A stretch of 60,044 bases of DNA, counting the filler. It is 4 parts of 4 records of this genome, joined end to end, with 100 filler letters (N's around TTAATTAATTAA, not from the genome) between each part and the next. Parts side by side here need not be neighbours in the genome. Positions count along the whole stretch, not along the records: positions 37,833 to 54,012 come from DRR723986_626; 3 more parts are not named here. The stretch is one strand, 5' to 3'. Positions 37,924 to 49,690 of the stretch are shown piece after piece (position 1 is the first letter of the stretch; the number at the start of each line of letters is the position of its first letter). A program made the translations under genes and the position numbers. The notes beneath the pieces are model-generated. The model saw only the letters and a program-made list of their open reading frames with translations, searched no databases and was not told the DNA's origin.

Positions 37924-39105
37924 TTACAGCATTTCAATGGCGACGGCGGTTGCTTCACCGCCACCGATACACAGCGCGGCGACGCCACGCTGCTTGCCGT
38001 ACCGCTTCAGCGCGTACATCAAGCTGACGATAATCCGCGAACCGGTCGATCCGATGGGGTGCCCCTGGGCGCAGGCGCCGCCGTGCACATTAACTTTCGC
38101 GTGGTCCAGGCCGAGGTCCTGGATGGCCAGCATGGTGACCATGGCGAACGCCTCGTTGATTTCAAACAGGTCGACGTCGCCCGCTTGCCAGCCGGTTTTG
38201 GCGAACAGTTTGTGCATGGCACCGATCGGCGCCAGGGTGAATTCTCCCGGCGCCTGGCTGTGGCGGCTGTGGGCGACAATTCTTGCCATTGGCGACAGGC
38301 CGCGGCGCTGGGCCTCAGAGCCGCTCATCAGCAGGAGGGCACTGGCACCATCGGAAATCGAGCTGGAATTGGCGGCGGTGATGCTGCCGTCTTTGGCGAA
38401 AGCGGGGCGCAGATTGGGGATCTTGTCGAGCGCGGCCTTGTGCGGTTGCTCGTCGTCTGTCACCACCGTCTCGCCCTTGCGGGTGACGACGGTGACCGCT
38501 GCGGTTTCCGCTGTCAGCGAGCCGTTATCGATGGCCTGCTTGGCACGGGTGAGCGACTCGATTGCGAATGCGTCCATCTGCTCCCGGGTCAGGCCGCGCT
38601 GGTTGGCGGTTTCCTGGGCGAAGCTGCCCATGGCACGGCCGGTGTAGGCATCCTCGAGACCGTCAATGAACATGTGGTCGTAGAGGCTGCTGTGGCCGGT
38701 TCGCACACCGCCGCGAGCGCCCTGTACCAGGTGCGGCGCGTTGCTCATGCTTTCCATGCCGCCGCTGACAACAATCTTGTTGCTGCCCGCCACGATGCTG
38801 TCGTAGCCAAAGATCGTGGCCTGCATGCCGCTGCCGCAGGCCTTGTTGAGGGTGACCGCGCCGGTTGACTCGGGAATGCCGGCACCGATGGCGGCCTGAC
38901 GTGCGGGGCACTGCTTGAGGCCCGCGGGCAGAACGCAGCCCATGAACACCTCATCGATGTCAGCGCCGGCAACGCCGCTGCGCTCCACTGTCGCGCGGAT
39001 TGCGGTGGAGGCCAGCTCCGGAGCGGTGACCGCGGCAAGACTGCCTTGCAGGCCACCCATCGGGGTGCGCGCCCCGTCGATGATAACTACTGTTTCCTGG
39101 CTCAT
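37924..39105 (-). CDS. Acetyl-CoA C-acyltransferase (thiolase)
   Basis: NKACGSG, EINEAF, GHPIG and LCIGGG motifs. Confidence 0.95.
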   Translation of the reverse strand: MSQETVVIIDGARTPMGGLQGSLAAVTAPELASTAIRATVERSGVAGADIDEVFMGCVLPAGLKQCPARQAAIGAGIPESTGAVTLNKACGSGMQATIFGYDSIVAGSNKIVVSGGMESMSNAPHLVQGARGGVRTGHSSLYDHMFIDGLEDAYTGRAMGSFAQETANQRGLTREQMDAFAIESLTRAKQAIDNGSLTAETAAVTVVTRKGETVVTDDEQPHKAALDKIPNLRPAFAKDGSITAANSSSISDGASALLLMSGSEAQRRGLSPMARIVAHSRHSQAPGEFTLAPIGAMHKLFAKTGWQAGDVDLFEINEAFAMVTMLAIQDLGLDHAKVNVHGGACAQGHPIGSTGSRIIVSLMYALKRYGKQRGVAALCIGGGEATAVAIEML

Positions 39106-39217
39106 GATCTGGTATCCGTATCCGGGTGTGCCGTGGCCGCCGTGCCGGCGTTGCCGGTGTGGGGCGGTGAAAAAGGGCGGTCATTTAGCCATAGACGACT
39201 GCCATTCTCAACACGGC

Positions 39218-40210
39218 TCACCCGTCCGACGGCGCAAACAGCTTGCCCCTGACGGCCTCGCGATACTGCAGGGGTGTCATCCCGGAGTGGCTCCGGAACT
39301 GGCGTGCGAAATAGCCGCCGTCCTGCAGTCCCACCTGCCAGCCGATCTCGCCCACCCCCAGGTTGCTGTGGCGCAGCAGTTCCCGCGCCTCGTTCATGCG
39401 CAGGGTGCGCAGGTAGCCCAGGGGCGTCATCCCGGTTGCCTGGCGAAAGCGGCGATTCAGGCTGCGGGTGCTGAGCCCCAGGCGTTGCGCCAGTGCGGCG
39501 ACTTCCACCCGTGTACTGAAGTGCTCCTGCAGCCATTGTTGGGCTTCCAGAACCAGTTCGTCGTGGTGCGACGTGCGCGGTTCGTCCTGCCAGGCAGCCT
39601 CCCGGAAGGGCTGCCGAATCTCGGGTGAAAACTGGTTCTCCACCGCCCGGGCGATCCGGCTGCCGAACCACTCCTCCACCAGGTGCACCATCAGGTCGGC
39701 GATCGAGTTGACGCTGCCGACGCAGTAGATGGACCCGCTCTGGGTGATCAGGTGGCGGGTCTTCAACTTGACCGCCGGGTAGCGCTGCTGGAATCGCTCG
39801 AAGTAGTGCCAGTGGGTGGTGGCGGGGCGCCCGTCCAGCAAACCGGCCTCGGCCAGCAGGTAGCTGCCGGTGCCAACGCTGCAGATCCTGGTGCCCGCCG
39901 CGTGGCGCTCCCGCAGCAACTCCCCCAGTTCGGGACTGCGCTGCAGGGTGGGCAGGGGGTTGCGCCAGATGGCCGGCAACAGCAGCAGGTCCAGCGAGCC
40001 GAGTTCTTCCCATGAGCGGTCCGGTTTCAGCTGCAGGCCGCTGGCCAGGCGGAGCAGCCGTCGGTCGGGGCCGGCCAGCAGGAATTTCAGCTGCGGCTCA
40101 GCGCGGCGCTGCACGCTGGCCAGCTGGCTGGCCGCCTGCAGGATTTCCATCGGCAAGGTCACGCTGGTAGCCAGGGCATCGGGGTAGAGCAGGGCGGCGG
40201 CAGTGAGCAC
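39218..40210 (-). CDS. GlxA-family AraC regulator
   Basis: DJ-1-like domain (GLLDGRPATTHW) plus AraC HTH; GTG start inferred. Confidence 0.88.
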   Translation of the reverse strand: MLTAAALLYPDALATSVTLPMEILQAASQLASVQRRAEPQLKFLLAGPDRRLLRLASGLQLKPDRSWEELGSLDLLLLPAIWRNPLPTLQRSPELGELLRERHAAGTRICSVGTGSYLLAEAGLLDGRPATTHWHYFERFQQRYPAVKLKTRHLITQSGSIYCVGSVNSIADLMVHLVEEWFGSRIARAVENQFSPEIRQPFREAAWQDEPRTSHHDELVLEAQQWLQEHFSTRVEVAALAQRLGLSTRSLNRRFRQATGMTPLGYLRTLRMNEARELLRHSNLGVGEIGWQVGLQDGGYFARQFRSHSGMTPLQYREAVRGKLFAPSDG

Positions 40211-40337
40211 GGGTAGTTTCCGGGTCAGGGAAATGGCCAAAATACCATAAATAGGGGCTGAAATGGCATATTGTTCTGGGAACCGCTGGCCTAGACTGGC
40301 GCCATCTGATCTTTCATCTGCCGGAGCGGCAATCCTG

Positions 40338-42197
<1,860 letters not shown>

Positions 42198-42257
42198 GGG
42201 ATGCCCGGCACGCGTGGCGTGCTACATTGGCGCTTGTCATAGCCCTGGAACCCGTGC

Positions 42258-43106
42258 GTGTCGCCCGATACCCTCACTCTTCGCCTGCCGGGTCTGCCAG
42301 ACCCCTTGCAGCTGGCTGTGCACGATGCCCGCGATCGGGTCGTGTCCGCCACGTTACGCCGGGACGGTATCTGGGAACCCTTTGAAACGGCGCTGGTAGC
42401 GGCAAGTCTTGGATCCGGCGACGTGTTCGTCGATGTCGGTGCCAACCTCGGCTATTTCTCCCTGCTCGCCGCAGCGCGAGTCGGCCCCACCGGGCAGGTG
42501 ATTGCCTTTGAGCCGGATCCGCTGAACTGCAGCCGGTTCCGTACCAGCCTCGCGCTCAACCGGCTCGAGGATCGAGTCGTGCTGGAAGAGGCCGCGCTGG
42601 CGGCTGACGAGGGCAGCGGTGAACTCTTTCTCAGCGAGGAAAACCTCGGTGATCACCAGGTCTACCCCGGCGAGGAATCCCGGGCTCGCGTCAGTATCCG
42701 TCTGCTGCGCGGTGACGCTTACCTGGGGCCACGGGTGGCGCGCATCGACCTGGTGAAGATCGATACCCAGGGCAGCGAATGCCGGGTGCTGGAAGGCCTG
42801 TTTCCGCTGCTGGCCCAGCAGCAGCCTGTCCCCCGCCTGCTGGTAGAGTTGACCCCGTTCTCTCTGCGCCAGGCCGGTGACAGTGGCCGGGGGCTGATTG
42901 AGACACTTGCCGGTCTGGGCGCGCCGTTCTGGATTGTTGATCACATCGAGCACCGCCTGGTGCCGAGTAGCGCCGCGGAGCTGGCGGCCTGGAGCGACGG
43001 GGTGGACGCTTGCACGGGTGACCAGGGTTTCATGAATATTTTCGTCGGCGCTGCACCGGACACCTGGGCTGCCGATGCGGCCGGCCGCTACGTCCCGCCC
43101 GCTTAA
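42258..43106 (+). CDS. FkbM-family methyltransferase
   Basis: DVGANLGYFS, AFEP and KIDTQGSE motifs. Confidence 0.9.
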   Translation: MSPDTLTLRLPGLPDPLQLAVHDARDRVVSATLRRDGIWEPFETALVAASLGSGDVFVDVGANLGYFSLLAAARVGPTGQVIAFEPDPLNCSRFRTSLALNRLEDRVVLEEAALAADEGSGELFLSEENLGDHQVYPGEESRARVSIRLLRGDAYLGPRVARIDLVKIDTQGSECRVLEGLFPLLAQQQPVPRLLVELTPFSLRQAGDSGRGLIETLAGLGAPFWIVDHIEHRLVPSSAAELAAWSDGVDACTGDQGFMNIFVGAAPDTWAADAAGRYVPPA

Positions 43107-43151
43107 AATTGCTGCTATCATCTGGCGCTGGTTTTTTGCGGGTTTTACCTG

Positions 43152-43709
43152 ATGTCGGACACCCTGGAGTTTCTCCTCAGTCGCAATTCCGCGCCGCGGT
43201 TGACCGCGCCCGCGCCCTCGGTCGAGGAGCGGGAGCTGATGTTTCGTGCGGCGCTGCGGGCCCCGGATCATGCCTGGCTCACACCCTGGCGGTTTATCAC
43301 GATCGAGGATGAACGTCGTACAGACTTCGGTGAGGTGCTGGCGCAGGCCCTGCAAAAGCGCCAGCCAGATGCTGACGCCGCCGCCCTGGACAAGGCGCGG
43401 GCAGCGCCGCTAAGGGCGCCGCTGCTCATTGCGGTGCTCGCCCATATCAAACCCCATCCCAAGGTCCCCCCGGTGGAGCAACGCCTGTCGGCGGCGTGTG
43501 CCGCCCACTCCCTGCTGCTGGCCGCCGAGGCCCTGGGTTATGCAGGGATCTGGCGTACCGGTGATGCGGCTTTCGACGAGGAGGTGCGCAAATCCCTCGG
43601 CGTACTTGGGAATGAAGAAATTATTGGCTTCCTGTACATTGGCACCCGCGATGGTGGCGCCAAGCCACTGCCCAACCGCGAGCCGCAGCAGTTTACGTCG
43701 GCCTGGTAG
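43152..43709 (+). CDS. Nitroreductase (YdjA-like)
   Basis: RAPDH, PWRF, WRTG and GFLYIGT motifs. Confidence 0.9.
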   Translation: MSDTLEFLLSRNSAPRLTAPAPSVEERELMFRAALRAPDHAWLTPWRFITIEDERRTDFGEVLAQALQKRQPDADAAALDKARAAPLRAPLLIAVLAHIKPHPKVPPVEQRLSAACAAHSLLLAAEALGYAGIWRTGDAAFDEEVRKSLGVLGNEEIIGFLYIGTRDGGAKPLPNREPQQFTSAW

Positions 43710-43732
43710 ATCAACCACAGCGAGAGAAAACA

Positions 43733-44548
43733 ATGGCACCCAGTTTTGAAACCCTGCAGGTAGAACTTGAGCACCATGTTGCTACCGTCAGCCTGAACCG
43801 TCCTGACAAGGCCAACTCGATGAACGTCGCGATGTGGGGCGAGTTGCAACAGTGTTTTGAATGGGCCGACCGTGAGCCGGACGTTCGTGCGGTGATCCTG
43901 GCAGGGAATGGCAAGCATTTCTGTGCCGGGCTGGACCTCGATATGTTTGCCGGCGGCCTGCACAGCGACTCGGAAGATCCCGCGCGGCGTGCCGAATCCT
44001 TTCGCCTCAATGTGCTGCGCCTTCAGGATAATCTCACCGCGATCGAGAAGTGCCGCAAGCCGGTGCTGGCGGCAATCCACAAGACCTGTATCGGTGGCGG
44101 CGTCGACCTGACCTGCTGCTGCGACATGCGCTATGCCTCTGAGGACGCCTATTTCTCCATACGTGAGATTGATATCGGCATGACCGCCGATGTCGGCACT
44201 TTGCAGCGCCTGCCGAAACTGATTCCCGACGGGGTCGCGCGGGAGCTGGCGTATACCGGACGCAATATGGGTGCACAGGAGGCCAGGGAGGTCGGTTTCA
44301 TCAACCGCGTGTTCGAGGACCGCGAGACCATGCTGCGGGAAGTGACTGCCATCGCGCAGCAGATCGCCGCCAAGTCGCCAATTTCGATTCGCGGCACCAA
44401 GGAGATGATCCTCTATACCCGAGACCATTCGGTGCAGGATGGCCTGAATTACATCGCGACCTGGAATGCCGGCATGATGAGCCAGCAGGATCTGATGGCA
44501 GGCCTCACCGCCCAGGCCCAGAAAAAAGACGCGACCTACGAGGACTGA
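43733..44548 (+). CDS. Crotonase / enoyl-CoA hydratase family (dienoyl-CoA isomerase-like)
   Basis: FCAGLDL, CIGGG and ADVGTLQRLP motifs. Confidence 0.9.
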   Translation: MAPSFETLQVELEHHVATVSLNRPDKANSMNVAMWGELQQCFEWADREPDVRAVILAGNGKHFCAGLDLDMFAGGLHSDSEDPARRAESFRLNVLRLQDNLTAIEKCRKPVLAAIHKTCIGGGVDLTCCCDMRYASEDAYFSIREIDIGMTADVGTLQRLPKLIPDGVARELAYTGRNMGAQEAREVGFINRVFEDRETMLREVTAIAQQIAAKSPISIRGTKEMILYTRDHSVQDGLNYIATWNAGMMSQQDLMAGLTAQAQKKDATYED

Positions 44549-44593
44549 GCCGGGGTTTACCGGGCCGACTGCCACAAGGATCGAGCGACTTTG

Positions 44594-45526
44594 ATGTCAT
44601 TACTGAAACGCCTGAACAGGCCCTGGCTGCACTTTCTGCTGCTGGGCTTCATCCTGTTTCGCGCCCAGGCTGCGCTGTTCCCGGAACCTCTGCCCATGGT
44701 TGGGCCTTTGGGCGAGACCCGCATCGAAGGCCTGCGTGAGCAGTGGTTCGCGACCACCGGCCGGCTGCCCTCGGAATCCCAGATGGCGCACATGATCCAG
44801 GCGGAGCTGGACCGCGACATGCTGTTCCAGCATGCGCTGTCGTATGACCTGCATCTGTACGACACCGTGGTCTACCAGCGCCTGTTGCGCAATATGCAGT
44901 TCCTGCAGCTGGCGGAAGGCAAGAGTGACGAGGAGGCGTACCAGCAGGCCCTGGACATGCGCCTGCACCTCGGCGATGAGGTGATCAAGCGGCGTATGGT
45001 CCAGGTGATGGAGCAACTGCTACTCGCCGCCGAGCCGCCGCCGGAACCCTCCGCGGACGCGGTGCGTGCCGCTTTCGAGGCGCGGCGGGAAGAGCTGCGC
45101 CGGCCGCCGCGTTATTCGCTGGAACACCTGTACTTCAGCCGGGAGCGGGAGCCGGAAATCGCTGCGATCATTGCCCGCATCGACAGGGAGAAGCTGGAGC
45201 CATCCGAGGCGCGCCAGTTCAGCTCGCCGTTCCTGCCCGGTTACCGGTTCCAGCAGCAAACGCCGGCGCAGCTGGCCCGCCACTTCGGTGCGGCATTCGT
45301 TAACAACCTGGAGCAGGCCCGAGCCGAGCCGGGTGCCTGGACTGGTCCGCTGCGCTCGACCTACGGCATGCACTACGTGTGGGTTGATGCGATCGAGCCG
45401 GCTCGCGACGCGACCCTGGACGAGGTCGAACAACAGCTGCGCCGGGATCTGGAATCCCAGGCCCGCCGCGACGCGCTGGCCGCTGCAGTGACCGAACTCC
45501 GTCAATCCTATGAGGTGATCCTGTGA
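44594..45526 (+). CDS. Parvulin-like peptidyl-prolyl isomerase domain protein
   Basis: PWLHFLLLG anchor, ARHFG and WTGPLRSTYGMH motifs. Confidence 0.8.
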   Translation: MSLLKRLNRPWLHFLLLGFILFRAQAALFPEPLPMVGPLGETRIEGLREQWFATTGRLPSESQMAHMIQAELDRDMLFQHALSYDLHLYDTVVYQRLLRNMQFLQLAEGKSDEEAYQQALDMRLHLGDEVIKRRMVQVMEQLLLAAEPPPEPSADAVRAAFEARREELRRPPRYSLEHLYFSREREPEIAAIIARIDREKLEPSEARQFSSPFLPGYRFQQQTPAQLARHFGAAFVNNLEQARAEPGAWTGPLRSTYGMHYVWVDAIEPARDATLDEVEQQLRRDLESQARRDALAAAVTELRQSYEVIL

Positions 45527-46521
45527 TGCTGTTGCGCTGGATACTGCTGGGACTTTCGGTACTGCTGTTCAGTCTGCCGGTGCAGGCGCACCGTTTCGCG
45601 CCGTCCCTGCTCAAAGTCACGGAGCTGGGCCAGGGGCAGTTCAATCTGGTGTGGAAAACGCCGGTGCAGGCAACCACCAGTATCCCCCTGCAGCCGGAGT
45701 GGCCGGAGGCCTGTGAGGTCAGCAGCGCCAATCCGCCGCAGGTGGAGGGTACCGGGCGGGTGTTCAGCTGGCAGCTCCAGTGTGACCTGGGCCCCGCCGG
45801 CCTGGTCGGCCAGCGGCTTGCAATTAGCGGGCTGGGCGCCAACCAGGCCTCGGCAATGGTGATGGTTAAGCTGCTGGATGGGCGGCAGTACCAGGAAGTC
45901 CTGAATGCCGACCAGGGTGAATTCCTGGTGCCCGAGGAGCCCGGGGCAGGGGAAGTGATGACGGACTATTCCCTGCTGGGAATGGAGCATATCTGGGGCG
46001 GTATTGATCACCTGCTGTTCGTGTTCGGTCTGCTGCTGCTGGTCGGTGGCGGCGCGCGATTGCTTTGGACGATTACCGCCTTTACGGTCGGCCACAGTAT
46101 TACCCTGTCGCTGGTAACCCTGGGTTATTTCGATTACCCGGTGGCTCTGGTCGAGTTCACCATCGCGCTGAGCATCTTCATTCTGGCGGTTGAACTCACC
46201 CGTACCGCCAAACACGATGCGCTGTGGCGCAATCCCTGGTGGCTGGCGGGCGGTTTTGGCCTGTTGCACGGCATGGGCTTTGCCGGCGCGCTGGCGGAGA
46301 CGGGGCTGCCCCAGGACAATGTGCCGCTGGCGCTGCTGTTCTTCAATGTGGGAATTGAGGTAGGGCAGATCGCGTTCATTCTGGCGGTCTACGCCCTGTG
46401 GCTACTGATCCGGCGGCCGCTGGCGCCATGGCAGGAGCGGCTGCTGCCGATCCCGGTTTATGTGCTCGGCAGTCTGTCCGCCATGTGGTGTATTGAGCGG
46501 GGCCTGGAAGTCCTGGCCTGA
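45523..46521 (+). CDS. HupE/UreJ-family membrane protein
   Basis: GMEHIWGGIDHLLF, FTVGHSITL, GLLHGMGFA and FNVGIE motifs. Confidence 0.9.
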   Translation: MMLLRWILLGLSVLLFSLPVQAHRFAPSLLKVTELGQGQFNLVWKTPVQATTSIPLQPEWPEACEVSSANPPQVEGTGRVFSWQLQCDLGPAGLVGQRLAISGLGANQASAMVMVKLLDGRQYQEVLNADQGEFLVPEEPGAGEVMTDYSLLGMEHIWGGIDHLLFVFGLLLLVGGGARLLWTITAFTVGHSITLSLVTLGYFDYPVALVEFTIALSIFILAVELTRTAKHDALWRNPWWLAGGFGLLHGMGFAGALAETGLPQDNVPLALLFFNVGIEVGQIAFILAVYALWLLIRRPLAPWQERLLPIPVYVLGSLSAMWCIERGLEVLA

Positions 46522-46552
46522 AGCGCCACCCTCGCGGGTGGCGGTGGGTCAA

Positions 46553-47347
46553 TCAGGGGTTGCCGGGCCAGTTCTTCATCTCGATGAAGGGGTGGAACGC
46601 CAGGGCGACGCCTTCCTCGATGTAATCCTCGTTCTCGAGAATACTGCGCCGGCGTACATAGCGGCCGCTGGTGGAGCGGGTGTCGATGGCGTCGGTGGCA
46701 TCTAGCCCCCCCCGGCTGATGAACACGCGCTGCAGTTCCATGTCGTAAATGCTCACCTGCAAGGATGCCACTGCGGCCTGCATGTTCCAGTCAAAGTCGG
46801 CACTGACGCCGCTGCCCGGGCCCTGCAGTGAAGGCTTGCGAGACACGCCGTCCCACTTGGCCAGGTGCTTGAGGCCGCCACTGAAAGCGACTTCCAGTTC
46901 CACCAGGTCGGTGAACACGAAAGCGTCGAGGTTGCTTTCTTCCTGCAGGCGATCGCGGACGCTGACCATGATCTGGGAAAACGTCTTCATATTGACCTTG
47001 CCGGTCGTCGGATCCACCGGGTCACCGAAGGCGCGAACGGCATTATTCCAGTGTTGCTTGAATTCCCTCTGTGGCAGTACCTTATAGCCGTGCTCCTTGA
47101 GATAGGTGCTGACGTGGCCGTCGATACGGGCCTCCTCTCGCTCCAGGTAATTGCGGGAGGGTGCGCCGAGATTGATGTGGGGAATAACAATCGTCTTGAT
47201 CTTGTTCTGTGCCAGGCGATCCCCATCAAGCTCGAAGGGAAACACGGTGGGATTGTAGCTGGCGCCCGTACTGCAGGCCGCAAGCACGGCGGCAGACGCA
47301 AGGAGCAGCGACAGTCGGTAAAGGATTGGGCGCATTATGAAGTCCAC
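46553..47347 (-). CDS. Hypothetical lipoprotein
   Basis: Lipobox LAAC; start may be 47335. Confidence 0.7.
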   Translation of the reverse strand: MDFIMRPILYRLSLLLASAAVLAACSTGASYNPTVFPFELDGDRLAQNKIKTIVIPHINLGAPSRNYLEREEARIDGHVSTYLKEHGYKVLPQREFKQHWNNAVRAFGDPVDPTTGKVNMKTFSQIMVSVRDRLQEESNLDAFVFTDLVELEVAFSGGLKHLAKWDGVSRKPSLQGPGSGVSADFDWNMQAAVASLQVSIYDMELQRVFISRGGLDATDAIDTRSTSGRYVRRRSILENEDYIEEGVALAFHPFIEMKNWPGNP

Positions 47348-47400
47348 TTGCTGGTGAAGCTGGGCATGGTATCAAAATCCGCGAGGAGTCACAGGGGTCT

Positions 47401-48171
47401 ATGAGTATCACATTGCACGATAGTGTGGCCGGCGACGGGCCGGACGTGGTGTTGTTGCACGGGCTGTTTGGCATGGGGGGCAACCTGGGGTCCTTATCCC
47501 GCAGTTTGCAGAATCGCTACCGGGTGCACAGTGTCGATTTGCCCGACCATGGCCGTTCCGACTGGTTGGAATCCGCCACTATCCCGGCCTACGCTGGCGC
47601 GGTGCTCGACTGGATGAACAGCCGCCACCTCGATGAAGTAACCCTGGTCGGTCACTCTCTGGGGGGCAAGGTGGCGATGCAACTGGCCCTGGATGAGCCG
47701 GCGCGGGTCGAGCGCCTGGTGGTGGCGGACATCGCCCCGGTACCGTATCCGCCCTCGCACGAGGCGGTGTTCGAGGGGCTGCATGCCGTAGCCTCAGAGG
47801 GCTGTCATTCGCGCACCGAGGCTGCTGCGGTGCTCAAGCGGCACCTGCAGGAAGAGATGGTTATCCAGTTCCTGTTGCTGAGCCTGAAGCGGGATGATGA
47901 CGGGATCTATCGTTGGCGTTTCAATCGCAAGGGCTTGCTGGAGGGCTATGACGCTTTGCGGGACGCGCCAACAGCAGAGATGGCCTACGATGAACGCGCC
48001 CTGTTCATTGCCGGCGAGCTGTCCAACTACGTCCTGCCCGATCATGAACCCGCTATCATGGGCCTGTTTCCCCAGGCCAGCATCACCCGGATGCCCGGCT
48101 GCGGTCACTGGCTGCACGCAGAGCAGCCAGCCAGATTCAATACCCTGGTAGGGCAGTTTCTCGACGACTAG
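47401..48171 (+). CDS. Alpha/beta hydrolase (YbfF-like esterase)
   Basis: LHGLFG, GHSLGGK, DIAP and GHWLHAE motifs. Confidence 0.9.
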   Translation: MSITLHDSVAGDGPDVVLLHGLFGMGGNLGSLSRSLQNRYRVHSVDLPDHGRSDWLESATIPAYAGAVLDWMNSRHLDEVTLVGHSLGGKVAMQLALDEPARVERLVVADIAPVPYPPSHEAVFEGLHAVASEGCHSRTEAAAVLKRHLQEEMVIQFLLLSLKRDDDGIYRWRFNRKGLLEGYDALRDAPTAEMAYDERALFIAGELSNYVLPDHEPAIMGLFPQASITRMPGCGHWLHAEQPARFNTLVGQFLDD

Positions 48172-48797
48172 GCCGGCTCCAGCATGCGCAGCAGCAGGTC
48201 GACTTGCTGGTCGATGGACTCGCGGCTGGCAAGGTCAGTACCGGTCGCAGCCAAGGTGATGGGGGCCACCAGCAGGTTATAGGTCAAGGCCCCGGAGATC
48301 AGGTGCAGTATGTGCAGCGGCGGCCCCGAGCGCATCAGTCCGGCGGCCTGGCACTGGCATATGAAGTCTTCGCCCAGCAGGTAGTCGGTCCTCAGGAAGT
48401 GCTCGATCAGCCAACTGCGTCGCTCACTGTCGATGGCGGCCTCGTGGAACATGAACCAGAGCCACTCCGGGTTCTCCCGGGTGTATTCCACGACCGCGGT
48501 GAAGGCGGGGCGCAGCGACTCCGGGGCTGCCGACCCGGAAGATTCCTGCATGAAATGCGCCAGACGCTCATTGCGCCCGGTCAGCAGCCGGGTTGCCGCG
48601 GCCTGCCACAGCAGCTCCTTGCTCGGGAAGTGATACTGCACCAGGGCTTTCTTCACCCCGGCGCTTTCGCCGATAGCTGCCAGCGAAGCCGCTTCGAAGC
48701 CGGCACGGGCAAATTCGGCAATCGCAGACTGCAGGATTTTGTTCTGGGTGTCGGCCTTCTGGCGTTGCCGTGTGTTGGTATCGGCAGGCTGGGTCAT
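48168..48797 (-). CDS. TetR-family regulator
   Basis: HTH AGVKKALVQYHFPSKE; start MTQP after GAGGAG. Confidence 0.88.
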   Translation of the reverse strand: MTQPADTNTRQRQKADTQNKILQSAIAEFARAGFEAASLAAIGESAGVKKALVQYHFPSKELLWQAAATRLLTGRNERLAHFMQESSGSAAPESLRPAFTAVVEYTRENPEWLWFMFHEAAIDSERRSWLIEHFLRTDYLLGEDFICQCQAAGLMRSGPPLHILHLISGALTYNLLVAPITLAATGTDLASRESIDQQVDLLLRMLEPA

Positions 48798-48920
48798 AGG
48801 GCTCTCCTCGCGAAGGGGCGTGACCATACACTCGACCAGCGACATTGTAAATTCGAATGGGAGTGGTTCCGGCTGACGGATGGCTTTATCCTGCAGGGCA
48901 GTTTTTCATTGGAGTCAGCC

Positions 48921-49337
48921 GTGGACAGTTTGGATATCCCCCGGGGCTATAAGCAGCTTGCGGGAGTTAGCCCCGCCGAGGATCACATCGGTCCCTTCTA
49001 CTACCGGCGCGTGGACGATGGTCTGCTGCTGGGTTTCCGGGTGGCTCCGCACAGCTGCAACGGTATCGGTACGGCCCACGGTGGTGTGTTGATGGCCTTC
49101 GCCGATTACGCCAGTACCATGATCGCTTTGAGCGGCGTGTCGGAAAATTGCGCCACGATCAGTTTCAGCAGCGACTTCATGGCTGCCGCACGGCAGGGCG
49201 ACTGGGTGGAAGGCCGTGGCGAGGTACTAAAGCGCACCCGCTCGACGACCTTCGTGCGCGGTGAGCTCAGGGTAGGCGATGAACGCGTTCTGGTATTCCA
49301 GAGCGTGCTGCGCCGACTGCCGAAGCAGGGGAGCTGA
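48921..49337 (+). CDS. PaaI-family thioesterase
   Basis: NGIGTAHGGVLMAFAD motif; C-terminal part of the 48204 ORF, start inferred. Confidence 0.82.
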   Translation: MDSLDIPRGYKQLAGVSPAEDHIGPFYYRRVDDGLLLGFRVAPHSCNGIGTAHGGVLMAFADYASTMIALSGVSENCATISFSSDFMAAARQGDWVEGRGEVLKRTRSTTFVRGELRVGDERVLVFQSVLRRLPKQGS

Positions 49338-49345
49338 GCCGGGAC

Positions 49346-49672
49346 ATGTACCTGAGTTTGGGCGAACTGCTGGTCTTGTTTGGCTTTGGAGGGCTGTGCC
49401 TGTATTTCCTCAGCGCTATCCGGGTGCGTGAGCTGGCGGTTCAGGCCGTGAACCGGGCCAGCCGTGAGGATGACTTCCAACTCCTCGACCAGAGCGTGCA
49501 TATCCAGAGAATGTCCCTGAGCAGGGACCGCACCGGGCGCTGGCGTATCTGGCGCCAGTACCGCTTCGACTACAGCTTTGACGGGGTGGAGCGCCAGCAG
49601 GGCCACGTGATCATGCTGGGCAAGCTGCTGCAGGCTGTGGTCGTCGCCGAGCCCGACCGGGTGCTGCACTGA
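49346..49672 (+). CDS. DUF3301-like small membrane protein
   Basis: N-terminal TM, QLLDQSV and YRFDYSFDG motifs. Confidence 0.75.
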   Translation: MYLSLGELLVLFGFGGLCLYFLSAIRVRELAVQAVNRASREDDFQLLDQSVHIQRMSLSRDRTGRWRIWRQYRFDYSFDGVERQQGHVIMLGKLLQAVVVAEPDRVLH

Positions 49673-49690
49673 CCAGCACCCCGGGCGCTC

